Source: Oscillospiraceae bacterium (lineage in GTDB: Bacteria; Bacillota; Clostridia; Oscillospirales; JAKOTC01). Taken from it: a DNA stretch of 64,000 nucleotides. The first letter of the stretch is position 1; every line of letters begins with the position of its first letter. The notes under the pieces were generated by a model that searched no databases, was not told the DNA's origin, and saw only the letters and a list, made by a program, of their open reading frames with translations. The stretch covers positions 4,157 through 68,156 of the forward strand of contig DAOPZJ010000003.1 of assembly GCA_035353335.1 (NCBI GenBank), in the 5' to 3' direction. Made by a program: the position numbers and the translations under genes. This document shows positions 8,777-17,541 of this stretch, one piece after another.

Positions 8777-9528
8777 ACATCACCGTCGAAGCCCTCTCCA
8801 AGGTCTTTCATAACCCCGATAAAGAGGTTTTGAAAGACATCGATCTGGAGATCGCCGAAGGCGAATTCCTTTGTCTGCTGGGCCCGTCGGGCTGCGGCAA
8901 ATCGACACTGTTGAATATCATCGCGGGACTCGACAAGCCAACATCGGGCAGTGTTAAATTCGGCGGAGAACCGATTACCGCCCCGGGCCCCGACCGCGTC
9001 ATGATCTTTCAGGAATCAGCTTTGTTCCCGTGGCTTTCGGTTGCAGACAATGTCAAATTCGGGATGAAACTTGCCAAAGTCCCCGATAAAGAGGCCGAGG
9101 AACGGGCGATGGCCTACTTGCAAAAAGTCAATCTGGCTTCCTTCCGCGACTATAAAATCAGCCAGCTTTCGGGCGGCATGAAACAGCGTGTCGCCATCGC
9201 AAGGGCGCTTTCGCTCGATTCCAAAGCTCTGTTGATGGACGAGCCGTTTGCCGCATTGGATAAGCAGACGAAAAACCTTTTGCGAGACGAACTCGAATGC
9301 CTTTGGCTGTCCGAGAAGCGGACCGTCGTCTATGTGACCCACAGCGTTGAGGAAGCGCTTTTCTTCGGCGACCGCGTCGTGATGATGAGCGCCGATCCGG
9401 GTGTGATCAAAAGCATTTTCAAAATCGATTTCCCGCGCCCGCGCCAAATCGACGCACCTGAGTTTGTCAAACTGCGCCATGATATTCTGGCCGATCTCAG
9501 AGTGGAGGTGGAGCGCTATGAAAAATAA
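8773..9528 (+). CDS. ABC transporter ATP-binding protein, NitT/TauT family
   Basis: Walker A GPSGCGKST, signature LSGGMKQR and Walker B LLMDEPF. 4-nt overlap with the binder gene. Confidence 0.92.
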   Translation: MNITVEALSKVFHNPDKEVLKDIDLEIAEGEFLCLLGPSGCGKSTLLNIIAGLDKPTSGSVKFGGEPITAPGPDRVMIFQESALFPWLSVADNVKFGMKLAKVPDKEAEERAMAYLQKVNLASFRDYKISQLSGGMKQRVAIARALSLDSKALLMDEPFAALDKQTKNLLRDELECLWLSEKRTVVYVTHSVEEALFFGDRVVMMSADPGVIKSIFKIDFPRPRQIDAPEFVKLRHDILADLRVEVERYEK

Positions 9529-10294
9529 CACCCTGCTCAAGGCTCTGAAGCTATTCGGCCTGTTGGTATTGCTCGTCGCAGTCTGGCAGCTGCTCTATTT
9601 CATCATGGTGGAAAGAGCGGCTGTTTGGAAGCCGTATGTCTTCCCCTCGCCGCTCGGCGTTCTTTCATCTTTTTCAAAGTTGATTAAAAACGGAACATTA
9701 CTCGCGGGCATCGGCCAGACCATGCGCCGTATCGGGATCGGTTACGGTATCTCGATTTTGATCGGCGTGCTGCTCGGAATGCTTTTGGCACGTTTTAAAG
9801 CGCTTTCGGAATTGTTTAAACCGCTCGTATTGGGCATTCAGACATTGCCTTCCATCTGTTGGGTCCCGTTTGCGATTTTATGGTACGGCCTCGCCGAGAG
9901 CGCAACGATTTTTATTGTGGTGATCGGCTCTGCGTTCAGTATCTGCATCGCGGTTGAGACCGGCATCCGGGATATTAATCCGATTTATATCCGTGCCGCC
10001 AAAACGATGGGCGCAAAAGGCATTGCGCTTTATACCAAAGTCATATTACCCGCCAGTGTTCCGTCGCTCGTCGGTGCGCTCAAACAGGGCTGGTCTTTCG
10101 CCTGGCGCGCGCTGATGACCGGTGAAATGATGATATCATCGCGTGGCATCGGACTGATGCTCTCTCAGGCTCGTGAGATCGGAGGCATCAACGAAGTCAC
10201 CGCGGTTATGCTGGTAATCGTCTTTATCAGTATCCTCGTCGACAAACTTATTTTCGGCCTCATCGAAAAGCGTGCTCTCAAGTGGGCGGCATGA
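9518..10294 (+). CDS. ABC transporter permease, NitT/TauT family
   Basis: ATG 9518 after RBS GGAGGTGG; the track start 9464 is over-extended. About 6 TM helices and an EAA-like loop (AAKTMGAKGIALYTKVILP). Confidence 0.88.
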   Translation: MKNNTLLKALKLFGLLVLLVAVWQLLYFIMVERAAVWKPYVFPSPLGVLSSFSKLIKNGTLLAGIGQTMRRIGIGYGISILIGVLLGMLLARFKALSELFKPLVLGIQTLPSICWVPFAILWYGLAESATIFIVVIGSAFSICIAVETGIRDINPIYIRAAKTMGAKGIALYTKVILPASVPSLVGALKQGWSFAWRALMTGEMMISSRGIGLMLSQAREIGGINEVTAVMLVIVFISILVDKLIFGLIEKRALKWAA

Positions 10295-10359
10295 TGGCGC
10301 ATTCAAAGCGTCGTAAAATCGTTGACCGTTCGTTAAATGACTCACGTTTCAAGCCCTCA

Positions 10360-10400
10360 TTCCCCTCTGTGGAGGGGTGGCCCGCAGGCCGGGGTGGTTT
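10360..10400 (+). repeat. G-rich two-hairpin 3'-UTR element, copy 1 (family B)
   Basis: TTCCCCTCTGTGGAGGGGTGGCCCGCAGGCCGGGGTGGTTT. Shares its blocks with 47153-47196. Confidence 0.6.
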
Positions 10401-10440
10401 CGGCATAAGCCAGGACTAACACAGGTACGTCCTATATCGT

Positions 10441-10469
10441 AATCGGCTGTATAGCCGATTTTTCTTTTT
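10441..10469 (+). terminator. rho-independent terminator
   Basis: AATCGGCT-GTAT-AGCCGATT followed by TTTCTTTTT. Confidence 0.8.
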
Positions 10470-10489
10470 AAATTTTTTCATTTTGCCTA

Positions 10490-10526
10490 TTGACAAACTC
10501 ATACTACTGAATATAATATAGTAGTA
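10490..10526 (+). promoter_or_regulatory. near-consensus promoter with overlapping inverted repeat (candidate PadR operator)
   Basis: TTGACA (10490-10495), 16 nt, TATAAT (10512-10517). The inverted repeat TACTACT (10502-10508) / AGTAGTA (10520-10526) brackets the -10. Confidence 0.65.
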
Positions 10527-10565
10527 AACAACGGGTACTTCCTTGTTTGCAAAGGAGGATGTCTA

Positions 10566-10880
10566 TTGAATTCCCAATACAAAAAAGGCGTACTGGAGCT
10601 GTGTGTGCTGGCACTGCTCGAAAAGGGCGACTGCTACGGCTATGACATCTCGGAGCGTCTCTCGTCGCGCATCGACATTGCCGACGGCACGGTATACCCG
10701 ATTCTGCGCAAACTCAAAAGCGACGGGCTGGTCGATACCTATCTACAGGAGGAAAGCGGCGGCCCGCCCCGAAAATACTATTCATTGACCAACCTCGGGC
10801 GCGAGACCTACGAAGCCGACCGCGCCGAATACCTCAAATTCGCCGATGCAATCAAGACATTATTGGGAGGAGAAGTTTGA
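10566..10880 (+). CDS. PadR-family transcriptional regulator
   Basis: TTG start after RBS AAAGGAGGA. Motifs CYGYDISERL and GTVYPILRKLKSDGLV. Confidence 0.92.
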   Translation: MNSQYKKGVLELCVLALLEKGDCYGYDISERLSSRIDIADGTVYPILRKLKSDGLVDTYLQEESGGPPRKYYSLTNLGRETYEADRAEYLKFADAIKTLLGGEV

Positions 10881-11698
10881 AAAATGAAATTTATCAAACT
10901 CCGGAGTTTGATCCATTTGCCAAAGGTCATGGACCAAACATCCTAAAATCATATGAAGAAAGGATCATTTCAATGACGCGCAATGAATATTTGACCACAC
11001 TCGAAGCCGAGCTCAGGAAAAAACATATCGCCGACACCGCCGATATTGTCGAAGAATACGAACAGCACTTCGCCTTCAAACTCGCCGACGGTTTTTCGGA
11101 AGAAGAAATTGCCGCAAAACTCGGCGCACCCGAAGCCATTGCCTCTCAGTTCGAAGCCGTTAAAACTGCTGCCTCTGATAAAACAAGCAAAAAAGGCGGC
11201 GGCATTTGGGCCAAAATCGGCATGGCGACTTTAATTCCGTTTGAGTGGATCGGTTTTATCCTGCTGTTTTGCTGGACGGTTGTACTCGGTGCGCTTGGGC
11301 TCGCATCTGCTGCAATCGGCATCTGCCTGATCGCTCAAATCAGCGCTTTCATGCAGTTCGCAGCGCTGCAAATGCCCTATCTGAGCGCGCTGATTCTCGG
11401 TTTGACCCTGTTTGCGCTCGCCATCGCATTCGGCGCGGGATGCTGCTACTTTTTCGCTTTCTTAAAGCAGCTTGTCCGTGCCGATCTCCGCTGGCATAAA
11501 AATGTCGTCTCCGGCGCGGCTCTCCCGCCGCTTCCGACCGCTCCGCAATTAAAAAACAAATCCGGCAGAGCACTGCGCAGAACGTTTTTAATCTCGACTG
11601 CCGTCTTCGGAATTTTGTTCGTGCTGGGCTTCGTGATCTCTTCCGTTCAAGCGGGTCATTTCGGCTTCTGGCACGCCTGGAACTGGTTCGTAAAATAG
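10877..11698 (+). CDS. DUF1700 domain-containing membrane protein
   Basis: MTRNEYLTTLEAELRK ... EEYEQHF is the typical DUF1700 N-terminus, so the true start may be ATG 10973 with RBS AAAGGA. Followed by about 4-5 TM helices. Confidence 0.8.
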   Translation: MKNEIYQTPEFDPFAKGHGPNILKSYEERIISMTRNEYLTTLEAELRKKHIADTADIVEEYEQHFAFKLADGFSEEEIAAKLGAPEAIASQFEAVKTAASDKTSKKGGGIWAKIGMATLIPFEWIGFILLFCWTVVLGALGLASAAIGICLIAQISAFMQFAALQMPYLSALILGLTLFALAIAFGAGCCYFFAFLKQLVRADLRWHKNVVSGAALPPLPTAPQLKNKSGRALRRTFLISTAVFGILFVLGFVISSVQAGHFGFWHAWNWFVK

Positions 11699-11738
11699 TT
11701 TTGAACTCATTATCGCAGGAGAGGAGATAACTTTTAAA

Positions 11739-12626
11739 ATGAAAACCGTCATCATTACCGGTGCCACTTCAGGCATCGGCTTAGAAACCGTACGCCTTTT
11801 GACCAATCGGGGCTATCGCGTGCTCGGCGTCGGACACAGCGGGAAAAACTGCTTCCGCGCAGAACAGGAGCTGCTTACCGTAAATCCAAACGCTCAAATT
11901 GCCTTTTACAGTGCCGATTTAATGCAGCAACGTCAAGTGTTGCGCGTCGTTGAGGAACTCTCAGTCGAGCTTGATAAAACCGGTGGCGAACTGCACGCAC
12001 TCATCAACAATGCGGGCGCGGTGCGCAGTTGGTATACCACCACCGAGGAGGGCTACGAACAGCAGTTCGCCCTCAACCATCTCGCGGGCTTTTTGCTGAC
12101 CGCAAAATTGCTGCCTTATCTGCAAAAAGGGAAGGGGAGGGTCATCATGACCGGCAGCGGTTCCCATAAGGGCATCAAAATACATTGGGACGATGTGATG
12201 CTGCGCCGCGGATATAACCCCCTGACCGCTTATAAACAATCAAAACTCTGCAACATCCTTTTCGCCAAAGGGCTCAGCGACCGAAATCTCGGAATCCATT
12301 CCTACACGGTCGATCCGGGGCTTGTTAAGACCGACATCGGCAATAAGCAGACCGGCGGTTTCGTCAATCTGATTTGGTCGATGCGCAAGCGAAGCGGTGT
12401 GACACCCGAAATCCCCGCAAAGACCTACTTATATCTCTGCGAGCAGGACCCCGCTCCGACCGGATTATATTATCATTACAAACTGTCACGGCGCCCGCCG
12501 ATTTGCGAAATTCCTTACAGCAAACAGGTGACAAGCGAAAACGCCACCCGACTCTTCACCCTCAGCGAGAAGCTCTGCGGAATAGAATTTGAAACAACTT
12601 TATCCGAAAGGAAGGCCGTATCATGA
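11739..12626 (+). CDS. SDR-family oxidoreductase (retinol-dehydrogenase-like)
   Basis: TGATSGIG Rossmann motif, NNAG and YKQSK catalytic motif. Confidence 0.88.
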   Translation: MKTVIITGATSGIGLETVRLLTNRGYRVLGVGHSGKNCFRAEQELLTVNPNAQIAFYSADLMQQRQVLRVVEELSVELDKTGGELHALINNAGAVRSWYTTTEEGYEQQFALNHLAGFLLTAKLLPYLQKGKGRVIMTGSGSHKGIKIHWDDVMLRRGYNPLTAYKQSKLCNILFAKGLSDRNLGIHSYTVDPGLVKTDIGNKQTGGFVNLIWSMRKRSGVTPEIPAKTYLYLCEQDPAPTGLYYHYKLSRRPPICEIPYSKQVTSENATRLFTLSEKLCGIEFETTLSERKAVS

Positions 12627-13417
12627 ACGCATTTATCACCGGAGCGGCGGGCGGGCTCGGAAGAGCCATGGCCGTCGAATGTGCCCAGCGCGGCTATCAC
12701 CTGTTTTTAACCGACGTCAACCCGGCCGGATTAATTCATCTTCAGCAGGGGCTCGAACGCCGGTTCGGCGTCACGGTTGCGGTTCGCACCTGCGACCTCA
12801 CCGATTCCGCCGACGTCGACAGTATGTTATCTGTCATCGATCAAAACAGCTTAAAATTCGAGCTGCTTTTAAACATCGCCGGATTGGATTTCGAGGGCGG
12901 TTTTCTGGAGCGCGAGCGCGAAAAGCTCGTCAAAATCGTTACGCTGAACAACGCCGCCACCCTCCGCATCACCCATGCGATTCTCGAACGCCGCCGCGAA
13001 AACCGACGTTTCACCGCGGTTTTCGTATCGAGTTTGGCCTCGATGTTCCCGATGCCGCTCAAGGCGACTTACGCCGCGTCCAAACGGTTTCTGCTCGATT
13101 TTGCCTGCGCGCTGCGCCAAGAACTCAAAGGCCGAAACACAAATGTGCTGGCGCTATGCCCGGGCGGGTTGGTCACCACAGAATCGGCGATGGAGGGCAT
13201 TGCCGCGCAGGGTTTTTGGGGCAACGCTACCACGAATCCGATCGAGACCGTCGCCCGAAAAACCCTCGACCGCGCATTCACGGGCAAAGCTCTTTATATC
13301 CCCGGCTTACTCAACCGCACACTCTCCTTTTTCGGCAAACTCCTCCCGCGCACTGTTGTCGCCAAAGCGGTCTATTCCCGCTGGCACAAAGCGCAGAGCC
13401 AACGCGAAACGTTATAA
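12623..13417 (+). CDS. SDR-family oxidoreductase
   Basis: ATGA overlap with the previous SDR gene. Motifs TGAAGGLG and YAASK. Confidence 0.88.
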   Translation: MNAFITGAAGGLGRAMAVECAQRGYHLFLTDVNPAGLIHLQQGLERRFGVTVAVRTCDLTDSADVDSMLSVIDQNSLKFELLLNIAGLDFEGGFLEREREKLVKIVTLNNAATLRITHAILERRRENRRFTAVFVSSLASMFPMPLKATYAASKRFLLDFACALRQELKGRNTNVLALCPGGLVTTESAMEGIAAQGFWGNATTNPIETVARKTLDRAFTGKALYIPGLLNRTLSFFGKLLPRTVVAKAVYSRWHKAQSQRETL

Positions 13418-13631
13418 TTAAACCTTTACACTCGGAGTATAGTAAAGCCACTTAGAAATCCAATAGTATGACATGTAAGTTAAATAATACACTCCAATGT
13501 AGAGAAAGGTCTTGACCTTTCCGCCTTGAGTTATTGCTGCAAGCATAATAAATAAAAAATATCAGTGACAATTCCTGCGATTTTCCGTCGGTATTTTTAC
13601 TTTACATTTTACTTTATAAACTTTACACTAA

Positions 13632-16499
13632 TCAAAGCTCAAACAAATTTAAGTCCCGGTAAACCTCGTCCCAATCCTTATAATCAGCCGCAAGCACGGT
13701 GATTGTGCCGTCTTTTCCGCACGCCGATATCGCATTCGCATACCCCGAACCGGCAATCGGCAGCCTCATGTTGAAAAACTGCCCGAATCCGTCTTTTGCC
13801 GGCGCTGACAGCAAAACCATCGGCCCGTCAAATTGCTTTGCGGTTTCTGCTGTATCTCCCGCGCAAACGCTGTTTGAATAATTAAACGCTGGCTTCACGG
13901 CAGGAATATTTTTTATCAATTCGAAGAACTCGGCAGTCTCGGTCAAAACCGGTCGGTTCTGCGCATACACGGTAATGCCGTATTCCTGTGCTATCTCTCC
14001 AATCTGCGCAAAAGCATCGACAAAACTCTGTTTGGCCTTGTCAATGCTGAAACTGCATTCGGCGTTTCGATGCATCTGTACCAAAATCCCTTCACAGCGG
14101 TATTTTGCCGCTTTTTCGAGCACATTTTGAATATAACCCATCGACTCCGCTTTACGCTCGGGTAAATTATCTAGCAGCGAAAGCACCGGGTAGTGGTCGA
14201 GCGCCGCCGAAAAGTCCACGAGCACGCGCACGTTTTTCCGGTTCAGATACTCCGCTTCCCGCTCTGCTTCCCCGGCCTCGAGCCGATGCAGATACTCCGC
14301 CGGGATCATAATTCCTTTTAAATGATGCTGAAGCGTCGGATGATCCAGCACAAACTCTTTCACGCTGCCCGAAAATCCCGCAATCGAAAGATAGAGATTG
14401 TTTTGATTCGCTTTTGGAACGCTCTCGGCTTTGAGAGTAAGCGGTTTTTCAAACCGCACTTCAAAAATCTTGGTATCGCCGCATTTTAATAAAAATCCGT
14501 CCGTTTTTTCAACTTCTTTCCCGTCTTCGCTATTGAACGGGAAAAACTGCTGATCCCCGGGAATTCCGTCCTCAATCAACAGCTCGTGCACCGAGGAAAT
14601 GCCGTATTCACTCTCAATTTGAAATTTCCGGTCGGAAAAACTGCTGTTCGAAACATAAATCATCAGAGTCTTTTCATCTTTGACGGCGGCGCAGTATTGC
14701 AGATTACGGTTGTTCGGGCGCGCTATATACAGCCGATCAAAGACATCGCCCAAATACACTTTGACAAATCCGGAGAAGTCAATCGGCCTGCAAATGTTTT
14801 TGTTCGGCTCGTTTTCCGCCGAATACCCGCCGTTGTCAATAAGCCCGTCAGACAGCGCAAATACCGTGACCGAACCGTCCCCAAATTTGTTTTTCAACAC
14901 AAGCGGCATTCCATTTTTATCAGAAACGGAAACCACCGTCCCCGCAAGCGGTTTCACCTCATAAACAATGCTCTTTTCGTAATAATTACCCTTGTTATAA
15001 CAAACCGTATACACTTTTTCCGCTTTTGCCCCCAATTCCTCAACCCCGAAAAATTGCGCGGCATCGGCATCGTATTGTTTTATCTTCACAATGGCGTCGT
15101 TAAGCATGTCGGCAAAAAGAATCAAATTCCCGCCGTTTTGCACATACCGCTTTAAAATGTCGTAAAACTCTAAGGTCAGTTCCGTGCCGTTTGTGACGAG
15201 CGCCGTTTGATACTGCGACAAAATCTCATATCGCACATCATTTAACAGCACATCGGCGATCTCTCCGTAGGGGGTCGGGGTCAAAAAGCCGCTCTCGTCG
15301 CGGAAAAAGCCCGCGTTTTCATAACCCGGACAGAACATCGAAAACAACCCGTGCAGCTGATAATCCCCGTTGCGGTAGGGCAGGTTGCCCCATACCTTGT
15401 AGATGTCCTTGGAATATAAATGTCTCGGCGGATTCCACCCCGCAAAAAAGTCGGAGACAATCGCCAACGGCGTATAAAGTGTGCCGGGACGCCCGTGTTT
15501 TCGCACGAATTCGCCGCAGTATTGCTGGATTTTCCCCACCGGCGTCAATGCACAGACCGATTTGTCTTTGTCCATCTGCACTTCTTCGTTCCGAATCCGT
15601 TTTTCTACGCTGTCTCCCATAATCCAGCCGTTTTCGAAGCCCAGAATCTCGCAGCCGTATAAATAATGGCTGTAAATCAATCGCCGCAATAGCGACAAAC
15701 TGGTGCCGCAGTCCTCGCCCCACTCATACCCGTCTTTTCCGCTCGATTCATAGCATTTATATCCCCAACGATTCCAAATCGAGGCGTTTCCGAACATCAG
15801 CAGCCCGTATTGCTTTGCCGCGCCCCGGATAAACGAAAACCACATAGAGCTGTTAGGGAGCGCCTGCGCAGTCTCGGCCCCGAGCATAATGGTGTTGCCC
15901 TCTTTGGCAAAGTAGTGTAAAAAGGGCAGGGAGGACAACGTGACCATATGGTTTTTCATTGCGTTTCCGAGCTTTTCAAAGTGCGCTTGAAAGCTCCGGT
16001 ACTGCGCTTTATGCGAATCTGCTACGGGCGACGCAAATTTCGCATAACCGCCGATATACCGTCCGTCCTGTTCTCCGTTGTCAAACCCGAGAAAATGGTC
16101 GTCCAACTTTTGCAGCGCCTCATGCGCCTTTTGGGGAACCGCATATTCGCCCCAAATCACATCCTCCTGCGGTTGGCTTCCGGGTACATACCCCCAAAAG
16201 TCGAACATATAGAGACCACGTTTTTGAACTTCATCAACAAGCACTCCGAAATTTTCAGCAAACAGCGTTTTATACACCGGCCATAAAACATTTCCGAGCA
16301 GGAAGGTCTTGGTATAAAGTTCAATCTCGCCTTTGATGTCGGTGAGCATTTTGGTTTTGTTATCTTCGGAGAACACCCGCAGGGATGTGAATTGAATCTC
16401 GTTGTTCAGCGCTTCGCGCGTGACCGCTTTTGCGTACCGTTCTTGATAATCGGGATACTTCTCCGGTTTCACCGGATACGCGTAGATTTTTTGGCTCAC
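13632..16499 (-). CDS. 955-aa multidomain cytoplasmic protein of unknown function (glycosidase-like N-terminal region, ThuA/GATase-like middle, xylose-isomerase-like TIM barrel C-terminus)
   Basis: Long uninterrupted ORF. GTG 16499 lies 6 nt after GGAGGAG; the track's TTG 16529 is less likely. No signal peptide. The C-terminal pattern VLVDFSA..EGILVQMH..ITVYAQN resembles sugar-phosphate isomerase/epimerase barrels. Confidence 0.75.
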   Translation of the reverse strand: MSQKIYAYPVKPEKYPDYQERYAKAVTREALNNEIQFTSLRVFSEDNKTKMLTDIKGEIELYTKTFLLGNVLWPVYKTLFAENFGVLVDEVQKRGLYMFDFWGYVPGSQPQEDVIWGEYAVPQKAHEALQKLDDHFLGFDNGEQDGRYIGGYAKFASPVADSHKAQYRSFQAHFEKLGNAMKNHMVTLSSLPFLHYFAKEGNTIMLGAETAQALPNSSMWFSFIRGAAKQYGLLMFGNASIWNRWGYKCYESSGKDGYEWGEDCGTSLSLLRRLIYSHYLYGCEILGFENGWIMGDSVEKRIRNEEVQMDKDKSVCALTPVGKIQQYCGEFVRKHGRPGTLYTPLAIVSDFFAGWNPPRHLYSKDIYKVWGNLPYRNGDYQLHGLFSMFCPGYENAGFFRDESGFLTPTPYGEIADVLLNDVRYEILSQYQTALVTNGTELTLEFYDILKRYVQNGGNLILFADMLNDAIVKIKQYDADAAQFFGVEELGAKAEKVYTVCYNKGNYYEKSIVYEVKPLAGTVVSVSDKNGMPLVLKNKFGDGSVTVFALSDGLIDNGGYSAENEPNKNICRPIDFSGFVKVYLGDVFDRLYIARPNNRNLQYCAAVKDEKTLMIYVSNSSFSDRKFQIESEYGISSVHELLIEDGIPGDQQFFPFNSEDGKEVEKTDGFLLKCGDTKIFEVRFEKPLTLKAESVPKANQNNLYLSIAGFSGSVKEFVLDHPTLQHHLKGIMIPAEYLHRLEAGEAEREAEYLNRKNVRVLVDFSAALDHYPVLSLLDNLPERKAESMGYIQNVLEKAAKYRCEGILVQMHRNAECSFSIDKAKQSFVDAFAQIGEIAQEYGITVYAQNRPVLTETAEFFELIKNIPAVKPAFNYSNSVCAGDTAETAKQFDGPMVLLSAPAKDGFGQFFNMRLPIAGSGYANAISACGKDGTITVLAADYKDWDEVYRDLNLFEL

Positions 16500-16536
16500 T
16501 TTATTCTCCTCCGTTTTTAAAGTTAACAACGATAAT

Positions 16537-16574
16537 TAAAAAACGGCGGGATGTGGGCATCCCGCCCTACAACA
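16537..16574 (-). terminator. REP-like element acting as the intrinsic terminator of dusB
   Basis: The minus strand reads TTGTAGGGCGGGATG-CCCA-CATCCCGCC followed by GTTTTTT (9-bp stem, T-run). Confidence 0.7.
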
Positions 16575-16578
16575 GGAA

Positions 16579-17541
16579 TTATCTTTTTCGCTCTATGTTT
16601 TCAATAACCTCTTGTGCCAACACCTTAAATTCCACCAAATCCTTTGCCGTCACCGCGCGTTTGCGAAAGGCCGCCGCGCCCTGCACGCCTTTGATATACC
16701 ACGCGGCGTGCTTGCGGCAGTCCAAAATCCCGCGCTTTTCGCCCCTGCGTTCACAGGTCATCTCGCACTGCCTTATCATCGTTTCCATACGTTCTTCGAC
16801 GGTGGGTTCGGGGCATCCCGAGGCGATTTCCGCAAAAATAAACGGGTTGCCCAACGCCCCTCTTGCCACCATGATGAGCTCGCATCCGGCGGCTTTTTTC
16901 ATTTCTTCAGCGTCTTTTGCACTCATAATCCCGCCGTTCGCAATCACGGGAATTTTTAACCTCTCCCGAACCTGCCGAATGATCTCACGGTCGGCTTCTC
17001 CGGCATATCCTTGCGCTTTGGTCCGCCCGTGTACCGCCACCGCCGCCGCGCCGTTATCTTGTGCGATCAAAGCGATCTCAACCGCGTTAACGATGTTATT
17101 ATCCCAGCCCTTACGGATTTTAACGCTGATCGGCAAGTCAACCGCCGTTGTCACAGCTTTGATAATTTCCCCCGCCAGTTCCGGACTCTTCATCAGCGCC
17201 GACCCGCAGCCGTTTCCGGCCACTTTCGGCACCGGACAGCCCATGTTGATGTCGATAAAATCCGGATCATATTCCGCCGCAAACATTGCCGCCCTTGCCA
17301 TGATCTCCGGCTCGCTGCCGAATAGCTGAATCCCGCAAGGCCGTTCGCCTTCGGTGAAACTCATCAGTTCGCGGCTCTTTTTATCCTGAAAGCATAATGC
17401 TTTAGCGCTGATCATTTCGGTCACGGTAAACACCGCGCCGTAACTTCTGCAAATCTCGCGGAACGCGGAATCGGCCACGCCGGCCATCGGAGCCAGCGCA
17501 GCGCCTTTTATCTTGTTGAAATCGAAATTTGATTTGCTCAT
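16579..17541 (-). CDS. dusB: tRNA dihydrouridine synthase
   Basis: 320 aa. TIM-barrel Dus motifs (APMAGVAD, DINMGCP, VKIR, HGRT). Confidence 0.92.
   Translation of the reverse strand: MSKSNFDFNKIKGAALAPMAGVADSAFREICRSYGAVFTVTEMISAKALCFQDKKSRELMSFTEGERPCGIQLFGSEPEIMARAAMFAAEYDPDFIDINMGCPVPKVAGNGCGSALMKSPELAGEIIKAVTTAVDLPISVKIRKGWDNNIVNAVEIALIAQDNGAAAVAVHGRTKAQGYAGEADREIIRQVRERLKIPVIANGGIMSAKDAEEMKKAAGCELIMVARGALGNPFIFAEIASGCPEPTVEERMETMIRQCEMTCERRGEKRGILDCRKHAAWYIKGVQGAAAFRKRAVTAKDLVEFKVLAQEVIENIERKR

Noticed and set aside
12589-13455. 288-aa + strand ORF overlapping the second SDR gene in another frame.
   Set aside because: It is extremely Arg/Pro/His-rich, while the SDR frame carries the TGxxxGxG and YxxxK motifs.
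13418-13546. 42-aa Tyr/Trp-rich minus-strand ORF (MLAAITQGGKVKTFLYIGVYYLTYMSYYWISKWLYYTPSVKV) in the AT-rich island, considered as a type I toxin-like peptide.
   Set aside because: It has no Shine-Dalgarno sequence, its composition is what AT-rich DNA would produce, and no conservation evidence is available.
16430-17329. 299-aa + strand ORF.
   Set aside because: It is antisense to dusB and has a Ser/Pro/Ala-rich junk composition.
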